A stretch of 64,000 bases of DNA, taken from assembly GCA_964617695.1 (NCBI GenBank), contig CAZTYW010000001.1, positions 11,684 through 75,683 of the forward strand. Direction: 5' to 3'. Numbering within the stretch: the first letter of the stretch is position 1; each line of letters begins with the position of its first letter. Shown in pieces: positions 1-10,729 of this stretch. A model generated the notes under the pieces. That model worked only from the letters and a program-made list of their open reading frames with translations. It did not search any database and was not told the origin of the DNA. The translations under genes were made by a program, and so were the position numbers. Source of the DNA: an uncultured Dehalococcoidia bacterium (lineage in GTDB: Bacteria; Chloroflexota; Dehalococcoidia; UBA2247; RBG-13-53-26).

Positions 1-821
1 ACTGCGACAACTTCCTGGACACGGTGAACTGGGCGCTCGAATGCAAGGTGGATTGGGAACGGCATGAGGTAAGTCGGAGAGGTAAGAAGACCACCGTTCA
101 AGCTTTCCCTATCAGTATAGACTATGCCCAAATCTCTGAAGAAGCCCGAGAGCCGACGGTGTCCGAGGAGATGGACAGGCTCAGAAAGCGACTCGGGTTG
201 AGCCAGGAGATCATTGGGATTGGAATAGACCGGATTGACTATACGAAGGGTATTCCCGATCGTCTCAGGGCTATGGACCGCTTCTTTGAGAAGTACCCCG
301 ATTATCAAAAGCGAGTGGTGTTCATCCAGGTCGGAGCTCAAAGCCGGATCCACCTGGGCACGTACAAGCGGGTGAACGGCGAGATCGAGACGCTGGTGGA
401 GAAGATAAACTGGAAATATGGTTCGGGGCACTGGAAACCGATTGTCTACCTGCGGGGAAACACTGCCCCGCTGACTGTCATGGCTTTACGCAGGATGGCA
501 CATTTCTGCCTGGTATCCTCGCTTCACGACGGAATGAACCTCGTAGCTAAGGAGTTCGTCGCCAGTCGTTTTGATGAAGACGGCGTCCTCATTCTCAGTC
601 CGTTCACAGGGGCTGCACGTGAACTCACGGACGCAGTGATAGCAAACCCCTACGCCACCGATCACCTGGCTGAGGCCATAAGACAAGCCATCGAGATGCG
701 CCCCAGGGAACGGCGGCAACGCATGAGAAGGCTGAGAAGCTTGGTCGAACAGAACAACATATACAAGTGGGCAGAAGACATGACCTCCGAGTTGCTCAAC
801 CTTGGATTCGGAAGAAGCTGA
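1..821 (+). CDS. otsA: alpha,alpha-trehalose-phosphate synthase (GT20), C-terminal part; 5' end lies outside the window
   Basis: Reading frame is open to the window edge (..[13 protein letters not shown]..). GT20-like segment [18 protein letters not shown]...[10 protein letters not shown]...[14 protein letters not shown] at 819-821. Confidence 0.85.
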   Translation, partial: CDNFLDTVNWALECKVDWERHEVSRRGKKTTVQAFPISIDYAQISEEAREPTVSEEMDRLRKRLGLSQEIIGIGIDRIDYTKGIPDRLRAMDRFFEKYPDYQKRVVFIQVGAQSRIHLGTYKRVNGEIETLVEKINWKYGSGHWKPIVYLRGNTAPLTVMALRRMAHFCLVSSLHDGMNLVAKEFVASRFDEDGVLILSPFTGAARELTDAVIANPYATDHLAEAIRQAIEMRPRERRQRMRRLRSLVEQNNIYKWAEDMTSELLNLGFGRS

Positions 822-1644
822 CACGGTGATACACCTCTTCTCCGCCTGGCAGGAACTCGTCACAAGGCTCGACCAGGCAACAAGCGTTATCCTCTTGAGT
901 GATTTCGACGGCACCCTAACCCCAATCGTGGATAGACCCGAGTTGGCCTGGCTTTCGGAACGGACAAGGGGCCTACTTCAAAGCCTGGTGAAGGGGGGCA
1001 GGTACACAGTAGGCATTATTAGCGGCAGAGCTCTCGACGACCTCAGAGACAGGGTTGGACTCGAAGAAGTACTCTACGCCGGGAACTACGGCCTGGAAAT
1101 AGAAGCTCCGTGGCTGAGGTTCGTGCAGCCCGCTGCTCAGCAAAGCAAGCCATTACTCGACAGCCTGTATCGAGAGCTGGTTCTGGCTCTGGAAGGAATG
1201 AACGGAGCTATCTTAGAGAACAAAAGGCTCAGCTTGAGCGTTCATTACCGTCTGGTCGAAGAAAGGCAAATCGACACACTCAAGACCATTGTGGAACGCG
1301 TCACGCATGACGCTGTGACCCACAGAGTGGTAAAGGTTGCCTGCGGGAAGAAGGTCTACGAGATTGCACCCGCAGTTGCATGGCACAAAGGGAAGGTTGT
1401 AGACCTGCTGATCGAAAGGCACCCGCAGAGCGGAGAGACGGGCACAGTCCTACCACTCTTTCTGGGCGATGATCTGAGTGACGAAGAAGGGTTCAGGGCC
1501 GTTGAGAAGCACAACGGCGTGTCTGTATTCGTGGGAGAGGCAAACAGTCAATCACATGCCCTTTACTTCCTCAGCACCCCCGATGAAGTAGATGAATTCC
1601 TGGCAAGGTTGGCACGATGTCGCATTCGAGGTGGCGGTTTATGA
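802..1644 (+). CDS. otsB: trehalose-6-phosphate phosphatase (HAD-IIB)
   Basis: HAD motif I LLSDFDGTLTP and C-terminal GDDLSDEEGF. Overlaps the otsA stop. Start ambiguous (TTG 802 or GTG 826). Confidence 0.8.
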   Translation: MDSEEADTVIHLFSAWQELVTRLDQATSVILLSDFDGTLTPIVDRPELAWLSERTRGLLQSLVKGGRYTVGIISGRALDDLRDRVGLEEVLYAGNYGLEIEAPWLRFVQPAAQQSKPLLDSLYRELVLALEGMNGAILENKRLSLSVHYRLVEERQIDTLKTIVERVTHDAVTHRVVKVACGKKVYEIAPAVAWHKGKVVDLLIERHPQSGETGTVLPLFLGDDLSDEEGFRAVEKHNGVSVFVGEANSQSHALYFLSTPDEVDEFLARLARCRIRGGGL

Positions 1645-1981
1645 CAAGACTAGTTTAGAGACTTGAACCAGAGATCACTTGACGCAAAGCTCCGGGCTTG
1701 CCAGAAGGGCCAAGTGCCTTTCTGGTTTTCTGCGTTTCCCCACCCCAACCACCGGCTCAGCAAACCACCCGGGAAGCTCAGCCAGCTCCAGAACGTCCTC
1801 AATTGCCTCTCGCAGCCCCAACGCGCACTTCCGCAAACCTACCGAGGCTTGACATCATCGCCTCGCCGATCGCACCCCGCAGTCTGCGTAGGGGTCCAAC
1901 ACACGCGCGCTGCGAAGACACCAACAACCCTCTTATCCGATAGAGGACAGCGTACAGAAGTAGCATCCATCAGGAGGTAAC

Positions 1982-3214
1982 GTGACACTCGCCGATCCAC
2001 CTCGCCATGAAACCAAGCGCCCGTGCCTGTCGGACTATGCGCCTTTCGTCGGCCATCGCCTGATCGAGGAAATCAACCTCCTCGGCCAGAGACTGGCCGG
2101 CAGGGTAATCCAGAACGTCAACTCCACCCGCGATGGAGGAGGTGTAGCTGAGATACTGAGGCGCATGGTGCCGCTGATGCAGCAGTTGGGAATAGACGCC
2201 CAATGGAGCGTTATCGACGGAGACCAGGAGTTCTTCCGAGCCACCAAGAAGATCCACAATGCCATCCACGGCAAAGCGGAAGACATATCTTCAAAGGAAT
2301 TCTCATTGCTCCTCGGGCCGTGTCAGGGAAAGCCGGAAGAATTCCTGTGTGGAGATGTCATCATGGTGCATGACCCACAACCCGTCTCCCTGGTCAGCAA
2401 GAGGATAGACCATGGAGAGAAATGGGTATGGCGATGCCACATCGACATGTCGGACCCTCCGATGGATGTATGGAGCTTCATCCAGGAGTTTGCCATCCAG
2501 TACGATGCTGCCGTCTTCTCCGCCCCCAGCTTTGCTCGAAACCTGCCCATTCCCGAATACTTTATTGCTCCCTCCATAGACCCTCTCAGCGCAAAGAACA
2601 CACAACTGCCCGAACATGTAGTGGACTCAGTTCTGACCAAGTACTGCATCCCTCGAGATAAACCCATCATTACCCAGGTCTCCCGCTTTGATCATCTGAA
2701 AGACCCTATCGGCGTGATTGAGGCCTTTGAGGTAGTCAGGAGTGATGTGGATTGCAGACTGGTACTTGCCGGAGGCGCGGCCAGCGATGATCCGGAGTCA
2801 AAGGAGCTACTGGAGAAGGTGAAAGAAAGGGCTATGCACAACGCCGACATACACGTGTTGTCACTTCCACCCGAAAGCGACCTCGAAATAAACGCCGTCC
2901 AGACAGCCTCTACCGTGATTCTACAGAAGTCGTTGCGCGAGGGCTTTGGGCTCACTATCAGCGAGGCAATGTGGAAGAGGAAACCGGTAGTAGCTTCTGC
3001 CGTGGGCGGCATACTGCTCCAGGTAAGGCATGACTTCAACGGCGTTCTATGTCATGACATACCGGGAGCTGCAAAGGCTGTAAAGCAACTGCTCAACAAC
3101 CCAGACTACGCCCGCCAGCTAGGAGACAACGGCAGGGAACACGTGAGGCAGAATTTCCTTATCACCAGGCACCTGAGAGATTACCTGTCGCTCTTCTCTT
3201 CACTCCTGCAGTGA
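1982..3214 (+). CDS. treT: TreT-type trehalose synthase (GT4 glycosyltransferase)
   Basis: GTG start 6 nt after AGGAGG. N-terminus NVNSTRDGGGVAEILRRMVPL...FFRATKKIHNAIHG resembles TreT enzymes as I recall them. GT4 core EGFGLTISEAMWKRKPVV. Confidence 0.6.
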   Translation: MTLADPPRHETKRPCLSDYAPFVGHRLIEEINLLGQRLAGRVIQNVNSTRDGGGVAEILRRMVPLMQQLGIDAQWSVIDGDQEFFRATKKIHNAIHGKAEDISSKEFSLLLGPCQGKPEEFLCGDVIMVHDPQPVSLVSKRIDHGEKWVWRCHIDMSDPPMDVWSFIQEFAIQYDAAVFSAPSFARNLPIPEYFIAPSIDPLSAKNTQLPEHVVDSVLTKYCIPRDKPIITQVSRFDHLKDPIGVIEAFEVVRSDVDCRLVLAGGAASDDPESKELLEKVKERAMHNADIHVLSLPPESDLEINAVQTASTVILQKSLREGFGLTISEAMWKRKPVVASAVGGILLQVRHDFNGVLCHDIPGAAKAVKQLLNNPDYARQLGDNGREHVRQNFLITRHLRDYLSLFSSLLQ

Positions 3215-3312
3215 TCAACAGCCGGCCTTCATCTGTCAGGGAGACCACCAGGTGCGACAACGGCGCCAGCAATTGCGGAGACAACCGCCAGCAGCGGGCA
3301 CAAATTCCGGCT

Positions 3313-3708
3313 TTATCTCTTGGTGTACTGGGGTGCCTTGCGGGCACGCTTTAGCCCGTACTTCTTGCGCTCCTTGATTCGAGCATCTCTGGTGACAAAG
3401 CCGTATCGTCGCAGGATCGGCTTCAATTCCTCATCTGCCTCCGCCAGGGCACGAGAAATGCCATGTCGGATGGCCCCAGCCTGGCCCGAAATCCCTCCGC
3501 CCTGCACCTTCGCCACCGCGTTGAATTGACCCAACGTGTTGGTGACTCGCAGCGGCTCAAGCACAACCGCCTGGAGCGCAGGAAGAGGAAGATATTCCTC
3601 CAAAGGCTTGCCGTTTACAATGACGGTGCCCGCGCCTCGTAGCAGCCTTACCCTGGCAATAGACGTCTTCCTCTTGCCCGTCCCGTAGTAATAAGCTTGT
3701 TCAGTCAC
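3313..3708 (-). CDS. rpsI: 30S ribosomal protein S9
   Basis: [14 protein letters not shown]...[19 protein letters not shown]...[17 protein letters not shown]. Confidence 0.95.
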   Translation of the reverse strand: MTEQAYYYGTGKRKTSIARVRLLRGAGTVIVNGKPLEEYLPLPALQAVVLEPLRVTNTLGQFNAVAKVQGGGISGQAGAIRHGISRALAEADEELKPILRRYGFVTRDARIKERKKYGLKRARKAPQYTKR

Positions 3709-4136
3709 CTGGCCCTCCCTTGGGCGTCCACCTGAGCCCGGTGCGGGTGATCATCACCTGCATACACTTTCAGCCTTCTCAACATGGCACGACCCTGTCG
3801 ATTGTGAGGGAGCATCCCCTTGACCGCATGTTGTATGACCCTGGTGGGGTGTGTAGCCAGCATTTCGGCCAGGGTGATACTCTTCAATCCCCCAGGGTAT
3901 TGCGTGTGCCGATAGTAGACCTTGTCATTGGCCTTCTTGCCTGTTACGCTGACGTTCGCCGCATTCACCACAACCACGAAATCACCAACGTCAAGGTGAG
4001 GAGAGTAGATGGGCTTACCCTTGCCCCGAAGCAAGGCGGCAATCTCAGTGGCCACCCTGCCCAGAGTCTTGCCGGACACATCAACGACCCACCAGCGCCG
4101 GTCGATTTCTGAAGCTCTTACGCTATACGTCTTCAT
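3705..4136 (-). CDS. rplM: 50S ribosomal protein L13
   Basis: [33 protein letters not shown]..; 4-nt overlap with rpsI. Confidence 0.95.
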   Translation of the reverse strand: MKTYSVRASEIDRRWWVVDVSGKTLGRVATEIAALLRGKGKPIYSPHLDVGDFVVVVNAANVSVTGKKANDKVYYRHTQYPGGLKSITLAEMLATHPTRVIQHAVKGMLPHNRQGRAMLRRLKVYAGDDHPHRAQVDAQGRAR

Positions 4137-4879
4137 TTCACCTCATATGCTGGTGGAAAATCTGGATAGCTGACTTTCATTAGACACAAGCCTTGAGCCG
4201 GCACGGCTGGTCCCACCGTTCCCGGATGCCCAGACCTGGCCAGCGCTTCAAACGTCTCAACCTCCATCTTGCCCAATCCCACCCGTATCAACCCGCCGAC
4301 GGTGTTGCGCACCTGGTGCGGCAGGAAGGAATTCGCTTCCATATCAAACACCACCAGGTCCCCATCCCTGCGAAGCTCAGCTTTGAAAACTCGGCGGTGC
4401 GTCCCACCACTGGTCACGGTCGAAAAAGGGGCGAAATCATGCTCTCCAATGAGCACACCACAAGCACGGGTCATAGCTCCCAGATCAAGGGCCTGGGGAA
4501 CAGAATGGACGAACCTCCGCATCAACGGAGACCGCGTGGGCCTGTTCAGGATAGTGTAGCGATACTCTCGACTCAGCGCATCATGCCGAACATCAAACCC
4601 TGTATCGACCTCATAGGCAGCCCTGACGGCAATGTCCGGAGGCAGATAGAAGTTCAATGCGTTTACCCAGGTCTCCAAAGGGAAACTGGAATTGGTCTTG
4701 AAGCTCACTACCTGTCCTTTGGCGTGAACCCCAGCATCCGTGCGGCTGGCTGCCGCGATGCGAATGTCCTCTCCGGTGAGTTTCTTCAGGGCGATCTCTG
4801 TTTCTCCCTGAATCGTGAGCGCATTGTCCTGGTACTGAGAACCATGATATCTGCTGCCATCATATTCCATAATCAGCAC
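4133..4879 (-). CDS. truA: tRNA pseudouridine(38-40) synthase
   Basis: [12 protein letters not shown]...[13 protein letters not shown]...[11 protein letters not shown]; canonical position upstream of rplM-rpsI. Confidence 0.9.
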   Translation of the reverse strand: MLIMEYDGSRYHGSQYQDNALTIQGETEIALKKLTGEDIRIAAASRTDAGVHAKGQVVSFKTNSSFPLETWVNALNFYLPPDIAVRAAYEVDTGFDVRHDALSREYRYTILNRPTRSPLMRRFVHSVPQALDLGAMTRACGVLIGEHDFAPFSTVTSGGTHRRVFKAELRRDGDLVVFDMEANSFLPHQVRNTVGGLIRVGLGKMEVETFEALARSGHPGTVGPAVPAQGLCLMKVSYPDFPPAYEVK

Positions 4880-4929
4880 GACTCTGCCAGGGGTCTCCCG
4901 ACTGAAAATCCCATCCTCCTCAGACCGTC

Positions 4930-5283
4930 CTACTTCACCAACTCAAGAAGCGCCATAGGAGCCGAGTCACCACGGCGCGGCCCGGTCTTCAACACCCGAG
5001 TGTATCCGCCGTTGCGACCGGCATACCTTGGAGCCAGCTCATTGAAGACCTTCTCCACAACCTTCTTGTCGCCTATCATGGCCAGCGCCTGCCGCCTGGC
5101 ATGGAGAGTACCGGCCTTGCCCAAGGTGATCACTCTCTCGCCAACGCTCCGAACCTCTTTGGCCTTCGCTTCGGTAGTAACGATCCGCTCGTGCCTCAAG
5201 AGCTCAGCGGCAAGGTTGCCATACAGGCTCATCCTGTGCCCCGTCGGCCTAGACAGCTTCCTTCCAGCAACCCTATGCCTCAT
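4930..5283 (-). CDS. rplQ: 50S ribosomal protein L17
   Basis: [34 protein letters not shown] chose the internal ATG at 5283; the longer ORF (to 5343) would overlap rpoA. Confidence 0.9.
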   Translation of the reverse strand: MRHRVAGRKLSRPTGHRMSLYGNLAAELLRHERIVTTEAKAKEVRSVGERVITLGKAGTLHARRQALAMIGDKKVVEKVFNELAPRYAGRNGGYTRVLKTGPRRGDSAPMALLELVK

Positions 5284-6220
5284 AATCCCCTTTCGAACGC
5301 AGAGAGAAGTCCATCTCCTCAAGACGCTCCTGCAGTTCCTCAACGGACTTTCGGCCCAACTTCTTCAGCGAAAGCAATTCCTGCTCCGTCATTTCCAGCA
5401 GTTGTCCCACTTTGCTGATCTTGTTTCTGCGCAAGCAGTTGAACACACGAGGCGACAGCCCCAGCCTTTCCAGAGGCATCTCGTACTGTTCGCTTGGCAC
5501 TCCAACCCCACCAGCCTCCCTGTCGAGTTCGCCCGCGTGAGCCGGAACCAGAGCGGTGAAATAGGCAAATTGCTCCCTCAGTATCTGAGCACTCTGACTC
5601 ACTGCTTCTATTACCGGCATAGTACCGTCAGTCCATACGTCGAGGACGAGTCTCTCATAGCCAGAGTGCTCAGCCAGTGTAGCCGGCTCCACAGAGTAAT
5701 TGACCTTGACCACCGGGGCGAAGATGGCATCCACGGGGATTATCCCTATGGGCAGCCCATCGGTATGACTGGCCGGAACATAACCCTTGCCCAACTCCAC
5801 ATTCAACTCAACGGAAAGCTTGGCTTCATCCGAATCGAGAGTGGCCAGATACAGATCAGGATTGGCCACCTCAAAGTCTGCCGAGGGTTGAATATCGCCC
5901 GCACGAACCTCCCTTTCGCCCTCCACTTCAAGAAACAGCTTGCCATTCTGCTTTGTCAGCGGACGCAATCGCAGCGCCTTCAGATTCAGCAGGAATTCCG
6001 TAGCGTCCTCTCTTACATGCGGAATCGTCGAGAACTCGTGCTGTATCCCTTCTATCTTTATCCACGTCACCGCTGCACCCAACAAAGAGCTGAGGAGAAC
6101 GCGCCGCAGAGCATTACCTAGAGTAATACCGAAGCCTCTCTCTAAAGGCTCGGCTACAAAACGCCCATACCTATCATCAGTTTCCGCACACTGCACTTTA
6201 GGCGTCACAAGGTAAGACAA
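5273..6220 (-). CDS. rpoA: DNA-directed RNA polymerase subunit alpha
   Basis: [28 protein letters not shown].. and C-terminal [22 protein letters not shown] (alpha-CTD). Confidence 0.95.
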   Translation of the reverse strand: MSYLVTPKVQCAETDDRYGRFVAEPLERGFGITLGNALRRVLLSSLLGAAVTWIKIEGIQHEFSTIPHVREDATEFLLNLKALRLRPLTKQNGKLFLEVEGEREVRAGDIQPSADFEVANPDLYLATLDSDEAKLSVELNVELGKGYVPASHTDGLPIGIIPVDAIFAPVVKVNYSVEPATLAEHSGYERLVLDVWTDGTMPVIEAVSQSAQILREQFAYFTALVPAHAGELDREAGGVGVPSEQYEMPLERLGLSPRVFNCLRRNKISKVGQLLEMTEQELLSLKKLGRKSVEELQERLEEMDFSLRSKGDYEA

Positions 6221-6241
6221 AGCTGCTGCCTCCTTTCAAGG

Positions 6242-6868
6242 CTACCTGGAGTAGTACTCGACGATCATCTTTCCGTCAAACCTGGCGCCAATCTCCTCGG
6301 GCACAGGAAGGGTGAGTACCCGGGCTGTCAGATCATCCTTGTTCAAGCTCAGCCAGCTAGGAACCACCTGGGCACCGACCCTTTCAAGAGCGATCTTGTA
6401 AGGCTCTTTCTTCACGCCCTTCTCTCTCCAAGCAATGACGTCCCCCGGCTTGACCAGGAAAGACGGAACATCCACCTTTCGGCCGTTGACCATCAGGTGG
6501 CCGTGGCGCACCAATTGCCTGGCGTGGTTCCGAGACTCGGCGAACCCCAGACGATAGACCGTACTGTCCAAACGTCTTTCCAGCAACTGTTTCAGATTCT
6601 CACCTGTCGGACCGGGACTTCTCTCAGCTTTGATGAAGAATCTGTAAAACTGCCGCTCAAGCATGCCATAGTTGTATCTCGCTTTCTGCTTCTCTCGAAG
6701 CCGCAGCTCGTGATCAGACAACTTTCGAGGGCGCCTCGGCCGCTGTCCCGGAGGCGTTGGCCTCCTTTCCACAGAGCACCTGGCAGTAGCACATCTCTCG
6801 CCTTTGAGCATCAACTTCTCGCCTACCCGGCGACACAATCGACAAACAGGTCCGTGGTAGCGCGCCAT
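6242..6868 (-). CDS. rpsD: 30S ribosomal protein S4
   Basis: MARYHGPVCRLCRRVGEKLMLKGERC...YGMLERQF...LDSTVYRLGFA. Confidence 0.95.
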   Translation of the reverse strand: MARYHGPVCRLCRRVGEKLMLKGERCATARCSVERRPTPPGQRPRRPRKLSDHELRLREKQKARYNYGMLERQFYRFFIKAERSPGPTGENLKQLLERRLDSTVYRLGFAESRNHARQLVRHGHLMVNGRKVDVPSFLVKPGDVIAWREKGVKKEPYKIALERVGAQVVPSWLSLNKDDLTARVLTLPVPEEIGARFDGKMIVEYYSR

Positions 6869-6874
6869 TATTCC

Positions 6875-7273
6875 TCAGACCCTCCTTCTCTTTGGAGGTC
6901 GGCAGCCGTTGTGCGGTATGGGGGTGACGTCTCTGATACTGGTGACGTGAAGGCCGGCTATCTGAAGGGAGCGGATTGCCGCCTCCCGACCGCTGCCCGG
7001 CCCTTTCACAAAGACGTCGACCTGGCGCAGGCCATGCTCCCGGGCGCGCCTTGCTGCTCCTTCGGCCGCCATCTGCGCCGCGTACGGGGTGCCCTTGCGA
7101 GAACCCTTGAAACCGCCGGTACCTGAGCTTCCCCAGGCAATCACGTTCCCGGCAGGATCTGTCAGCGTGACGATGACGTTGTTAAACGTCGAATGGATGT
7201 AAGCCCTCCCGACAGGGACCGACTTTTTCTCCCTTCTCTTACCTCTTGGTCTTGCTTTCTTCCTCTCAGCCAT
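6875..7273 (-). CDS. rpsK: 30S ribosomal protein S11
   Basis: [40 protein letters not shown]...[20 protein letters not shown]. Confidence 0.95.
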   Translation of the reverse strand: MAERKKARPRGKRREKKSVPVGRAYIHSTFNNVIVTLTDPAGNVIAWGSSGTGGFKGSRKGTPYAAQMAAEGAARRAREHGLRQVDVFVKGPGSGREAAIRSLQIAGLHVTSIRDVTPIPHNGCRPPKRRRV

Positions 7274-7286
7274 ACTCCCTCAACCT

Positions 7287-7676
7287 CTACTTCTTGGCCA
7301 GTCCACGGCGCCTGCCTCTGCCGGCGACGGTCTGCTTGGCTCCGCGTTTGGTCCTGGCATTGGTTCGCGTGCGTTGCCCCCTAACCGGCAGCCTGTGCCT
7401 GTGCCTCAAACCCCGGTAGCTGCCAATCTCCGTGAGGCGGCCAACGTTGAGGCTAATCTCTTTCCTCAAATCACCTTCAACCCTATGTTCCCTGTCAATG
7501 ACCTCCCGGAGACGGCTCAATTCTTCCTCTGCCAAGTCGTTTGCCTTCTTGTCAGGGTTCACCGCAGCTTGAGCCAGTATACGCTTGCTCAGCGTAGGGC
7601 CAATCCCGTAGATGTACCGGAGACTGATCTCCACCCGTTTGGCTCCAGGAACATCAACACCTGCTATACGTGGCAC
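7287..7676 (-). CDS. rpsM: 30S ribosomal protein S13
   Basis: [25 protein letters not shown]...[27 protein letters not shown]. Confidence 0.95.
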   Translation of the reverse strand: MPRIAGVDVPGAKRVEISLRYIYGIGPTLSKRILAQAAVNPDKKANDLAEEELSRLREVIDREHRVEGDLRKEISLNVGRLTEIGSYRGLRHRHRLPVRGQRTRTNARTKRGAKQTVAGRGRRRGLAKK

Positions 7677-7689
7677 TTGAACCTCCCCA

Positions 7690-7803
7690 TTATCCCTGTC
7701 TCTGTTTGTGCTTGGGATTGGAGCAAATGATCCTTACCAGACCCTTGCGTCTTACCACTTTGCACTGTTTGCAACGACGCTTGACCGAAGCCCGAACCTT
7801 CAC
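7690..7803 (-). CDS. rpmJ: 50S ribosomal protein L36 (zinc-ribbon form)
   Basis: Not in the ORF track (37 aa). Hand translation of the minus strand from GTG 7803: [40 protein letters not shown] at 7690-7692. Canonical position between infA and rpsM. Confidence 0.85.
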   Translation of the reverse strand: MKVRASVKRRCKQCKVVRRKGLVRIICSNPKHKQRQG

Positions 7804-7820
7804 ATTACTCTCCAGGACAA

Positions 7821-8039
7821 TCACTTGAACCGATAGGTGACCCTTCCGCGACTCAAATCATAGGGCGAAAGCTCCATCCGCACCGTGTCACCGGGAAGAA
7901 TCTTGATGAAATGACGTCTCATCCTCCCAGAGATGTGAGCGAGCACCTTGTGTCCGTTAGGCAACTCAACACGAAACATAGCATTGGGCAGACACTCTGT
8001 AACCTTTCCTTCTACCTCTATCCTTTCCTTCTTAGCCAT
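7821..8039 (-). CDS. infA: translation initiation factor IF-1
   Basis: [37 protein letters not shown]...I.ILPGD.V..ELSPYDL.RGR..YR.K. Confidence 0.95.
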   Translation of the reverse strand: MAKKERIEVEGKVTECLPNAMFRVELPNGHKVLAHISGRMRRHFIKILPGDTVRMELSPYDLSRGRVTYRFK

Positions 8040-8048
8040 GCGCCTCGC

Positions 8049-8798
8049 TTACATCACCGTCAGAATCTCCGGCTCACTGTCAGTAATGGCAACAGTATGC
8101 TCGAAGTGAGCTGAAAGACTGCCATCAGCAGTGACAACTGTCCACTGATTGCCACCAACCCGGGTCCGCCACCCACCAGCATTCACCATAGGCTCAATAG
8201 CAAACGTCATCCCTCTCTGCAGCAGGGGACCCTGCCCAGGATACCCAAAATTGGGTATCTGAGGTTCTTCATGCATCTCTCGACCGATACCATGCCCTGT
8301 ATACTCCCTGACCACCGAGAATCCCCTTGATTCAGCATACACCTGAATGGCCGACGACACATCTCCCAGGTGCCCGCCACCCACAGCAGCCGCGATTCCA
8401 GCCATGAGAGCGCCCTCTGCCGCCTCCAGCAGTCTCCTGGCCTCAGGGCCAACATCACCAACACCCACAGTCAGGGCGGCGTCGCCTTGAAAACCGTCCA
8501 CGATTGAGCCCACGTCCAGCGCTACTACGTCTCCCTCCTGGATCACCCTGTCTCCAGGAATACCATGGACTACCTCATCGTTTATCGAAACACAGAGGCT
8601 GGCGGGAAATCCCCGGTATCCCTTGAACGAGGACTTGGCTCCATTTCCGGCCAGTTCTCGCACGCAGATTGCGTCCAACTCGAGTGTTTTCATTCCTGGT
8701 CGAAGTTCCTTCACCAGTGTTTGCAGCACTCTGGCTACAACCCTCCCCGCCCGCCGCATAGTAGCGATCTCGTCAGCAGACTTGACAATTATACCCAT
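8049..8798 (-). CDS. map: type I methionine aminopeptidase
   Basis: IIVKSADEIATMRRAGRVVA...HGIPG.R...GD.V..DVG....G..GD.A.T..VG...HG.G...HE.P. I chose the ATG at 8798, which clears the adk stop. Confidence 0.9.
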   Translation of the reverse strand: MGIIVKSADEIATMRRAGRVVARVLQTLVKELRPGMKTLELDAICVRELAGNGAKSSFKGYRGFPASLCVSINDEVVHGIPGDRVIQEGDVVALDVGSIVDGFQGDAALTVGVGDVGPEARRLLEAAEGALMAGIAAAVGGGHLGDVSSAIQVYAESRGFSVVREYTGHGIGREMHEEPQIPNFGYPGQGPLLQRGMTFAIEPMVNAGGWRTRVGGNQWTVVTADGSLSAHFEHTVAITDSEPEILTVM

Positions 8799-8805
8799 CT
8801 CTCCG

Positions 8806-9435
8806 CTAGCTGACCAACGCAAGCAGCCCCTTGTTAACCTCTTCGATAGTCTTCTCGCCGTCTACCTCAGCCAATCTACCGCTCCTCTCGTAGTAGTCGA
8901 TCAGGGGAGCAGTCTGAGCGAAATACACCTCAAGCCGCTTCCGGGCGGTTTCCACATTGTCGTCGGCGCGCTGATAGAGCTCCCCACCGCAAACGTCACA
9001 CTTGCCGGCTACCTTAGGCGGAGAGGAGACTACGTGATAAGGGGCCTGGCACTCCCTGCAGATCCAGCGCCCTCCCAGCCGTCGCAGAAGCTCCTCATCC
9101 GAGACCTTGATATATATGGTCCTGTCAATACCCTGATCCCCCAACGCCCCATCCAACGCCTGGGCCTGCTCAATCGTCCTGGGAAACCCGTCCAGTATGA
9201 ACCCGCTATTAATGCCGGCAATTCGCTCCAGGATCATTTTGACAGTCACGTCATCGGGAACCAGCAGGCCTTTCTCCATATAGGACTTGGCGATCTTGCC
9301 GAGTTCCGTCCCGTCGCGCTCAGCCTGACGAAACAGGTCCCCAGAGGCTATATGCACCAAACCGGTGACTTCACAAAGCCTCTCCGCTTGCGTCCCCTTA
9401 CCCGAACCTGGAGCACCTAGCAGAATGACACGCAA
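8806..9435 (-). CDS. adk: adenylate kinase (Zn-lid type)
   Basis: MRVILLGAPGSGKGTQAERL; lid CRECQAPYH...CDVCGGELYQRADD. Confidence 0.95.
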   Translation of the reverse strand: MRVILLGAPGSGKGTQAERLCEVTGLVHIASGDLFRQAERDGTELGKIAKSYMEKGLLVPDDVTVKMILERIAGINSGFILDGFPRTIEQAQALDGALGDQGIDRTIYIKVSDEELLRRLGGRWICRECQAPYHVVSSPPKVAGKCDVCGGELYQRADDNVETARKRLEVYFAQTAPLIDYYERSGRLAEVDGEKTIEEVNKGLLALVS

Positions 9436-9451
9436 TTCATACCTCCTGACA

Positions 9452-10729
9452 TTACCTGAGAAAGCCTTCGTAGCGCCGCATCAAGAGCTGCGATTCTAGC
9501 TGCTTCATTGTGTCCAGAGCCACACCGACCATAATCAACAAGGCAGTGCTGGAAAGAGCTACCACCTCAACATCAGTCGCCAGCCGAACGATGAAAGGCG
9601 ATATTGCCACCACGCCCAGGAACAGGGCTCCACCCCATGTAAGGCGGGTCATTACCTGGCCAAGATAAGTAGCCGTGGCATTACCGGGCCTCACCCCGGG
9701 TATGAAGCCACCCTGCTTCTGCAGGGTCTCAGGCAACTGCATCTGCTGGAATATGACCATGGTATAGAAAAACGTGAAGCCGACTACCAGAAGGAAATAG
9801 CCAATCCAGTAGCTCCAGTGTTCAGTCCAGGTCTGCAAGAACTCGGCCACGCCGCCACTGAAGAAATTAGCCACAGTCGCGGGCAGCGTAACCAGAGCCA
9901 GGGCAAAGATGAGCGGTATCATTCCTGCGCTATTAACGCGCAATGGGATGTGCGTCGAACCCGACTGCCTGTACATTCTCCTGCCTCTGAACACACTCTT
10001 GGAGTATTGGACGGGAATGCGCCGGTGCGCCTCGGTGACAACGACGATCAGAACGACTATGGCCAGCGCCAGGATTACGAAGCCGATCAGCCCGCCCAGG
10101 TTCTCCCTGGATATCAGGCCTCGACCCACCATCTCCGGCAGGCCCGCTACAATGCCTGCAAAGATTATCATGGAGACGCCATTGCCAATGCCCCGCTCGG
10201 TGATAAGCTCCCCCAGCCAAACGAGAAAAACAGTGCCCGCCGTCAAGGACAGGATTATTGTCACCGTGGCCAGAGCACCCCCGTCAGCCAATCCACCACC
10301 CCGGCTCAGCAGCACGAGTTGCGCATAGCCCTGTAGAGCAGCCATGGGTACGGTGAGCCAGTGCGTGTACATATTGATCTTGTTCCTTCCTGCCTCACCT
10401 TCCATAGAAAGCGCCTGCAACCTGGGAATAACCGGCGTCAGCAACTGCATGATAATGGTTGCAGTGATGTACGGATAAACACCCATAGCCACGATGCTGA
10501 AGTTGCGCATTGCCCCGCCGCTGAACAGATCGAGCATCCCCAGGAGCTGGTTCTGTTCGAAAATCTCTTCCAACGCTTCCAGATTCACCCCGGGAAGCGG
10601 CACATGGGCCACAAAACGAAAGATCACCAGGATTCCGAAGGTGAAGAGGAGCCTGCGTCTCAGATCGGGTAGACTGAAGGCGTCTATCAGGGCTTGAATC
10701 AGGCGTGGCCTACCTTGCCTCTGTTGCAC
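9452..10729 (-). CDS. secY: preprotein translocase subunit SecY
   Basis: Multi-TM protein with LRRRLLFTFGILVIFRFVAHVPLPG...GGAM..FSI.AMGV.PYITA.II.QLL. Position between rplO and adk. The start may lie slightly downstream. Confidence 0.93.
   Translation of the reverse strand: MQQRQGRPRLIQALIDAFSLPDLRRRLLFTFGILVIFRFVAHVPLPGVNLEALEEIFEQNQLLGMLDLFSGGAMRNFSIVAMGVYPYITATIIMQLLTPVIPRLQALSMEGEAGRNKINMYTHWLTVPMAALQGYAQLVLLSRGGGLADGGALATVTIILSLTAGTVFLVWLGELITERGIGNGVSMIIFAGIVAGLPEMVGRGLISRENLGGLIGFVILALAIVVLIVVVTEAHRRIPVQYSKSVFRGRRMYRQSGSTHIPLRVNSAGMIPLIFALALVTLPATVANFFSGGVAEFLQTWTEHWSYWIGYFLLVVGFTFFYTMVIFQQMQLPETLQKQGGFIPGVRPGNATATYLGQVMTRLTWGGALFLGVVAISPFIVRLATDVEVVALSSTALLIMVGVALDTMKQLESQLLMRRYEGFLR

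Noticed and set aside
4193-6121. 642-aa plus-strand ORF, the longest 'novel' ORF in the track
   Set aside because: It runs antisense through truA, rplQ and rpoA, all unambiguously recognised on the minus strand. Its translation is low-complexity (R/P/S/L-rich) with no motif. This is a typical shadow ORF of a GC-rich genome.
8623-9420. 265-aa plus-strand ORF
   Set aside because: Antisense to map and adk. Shadow ORF.
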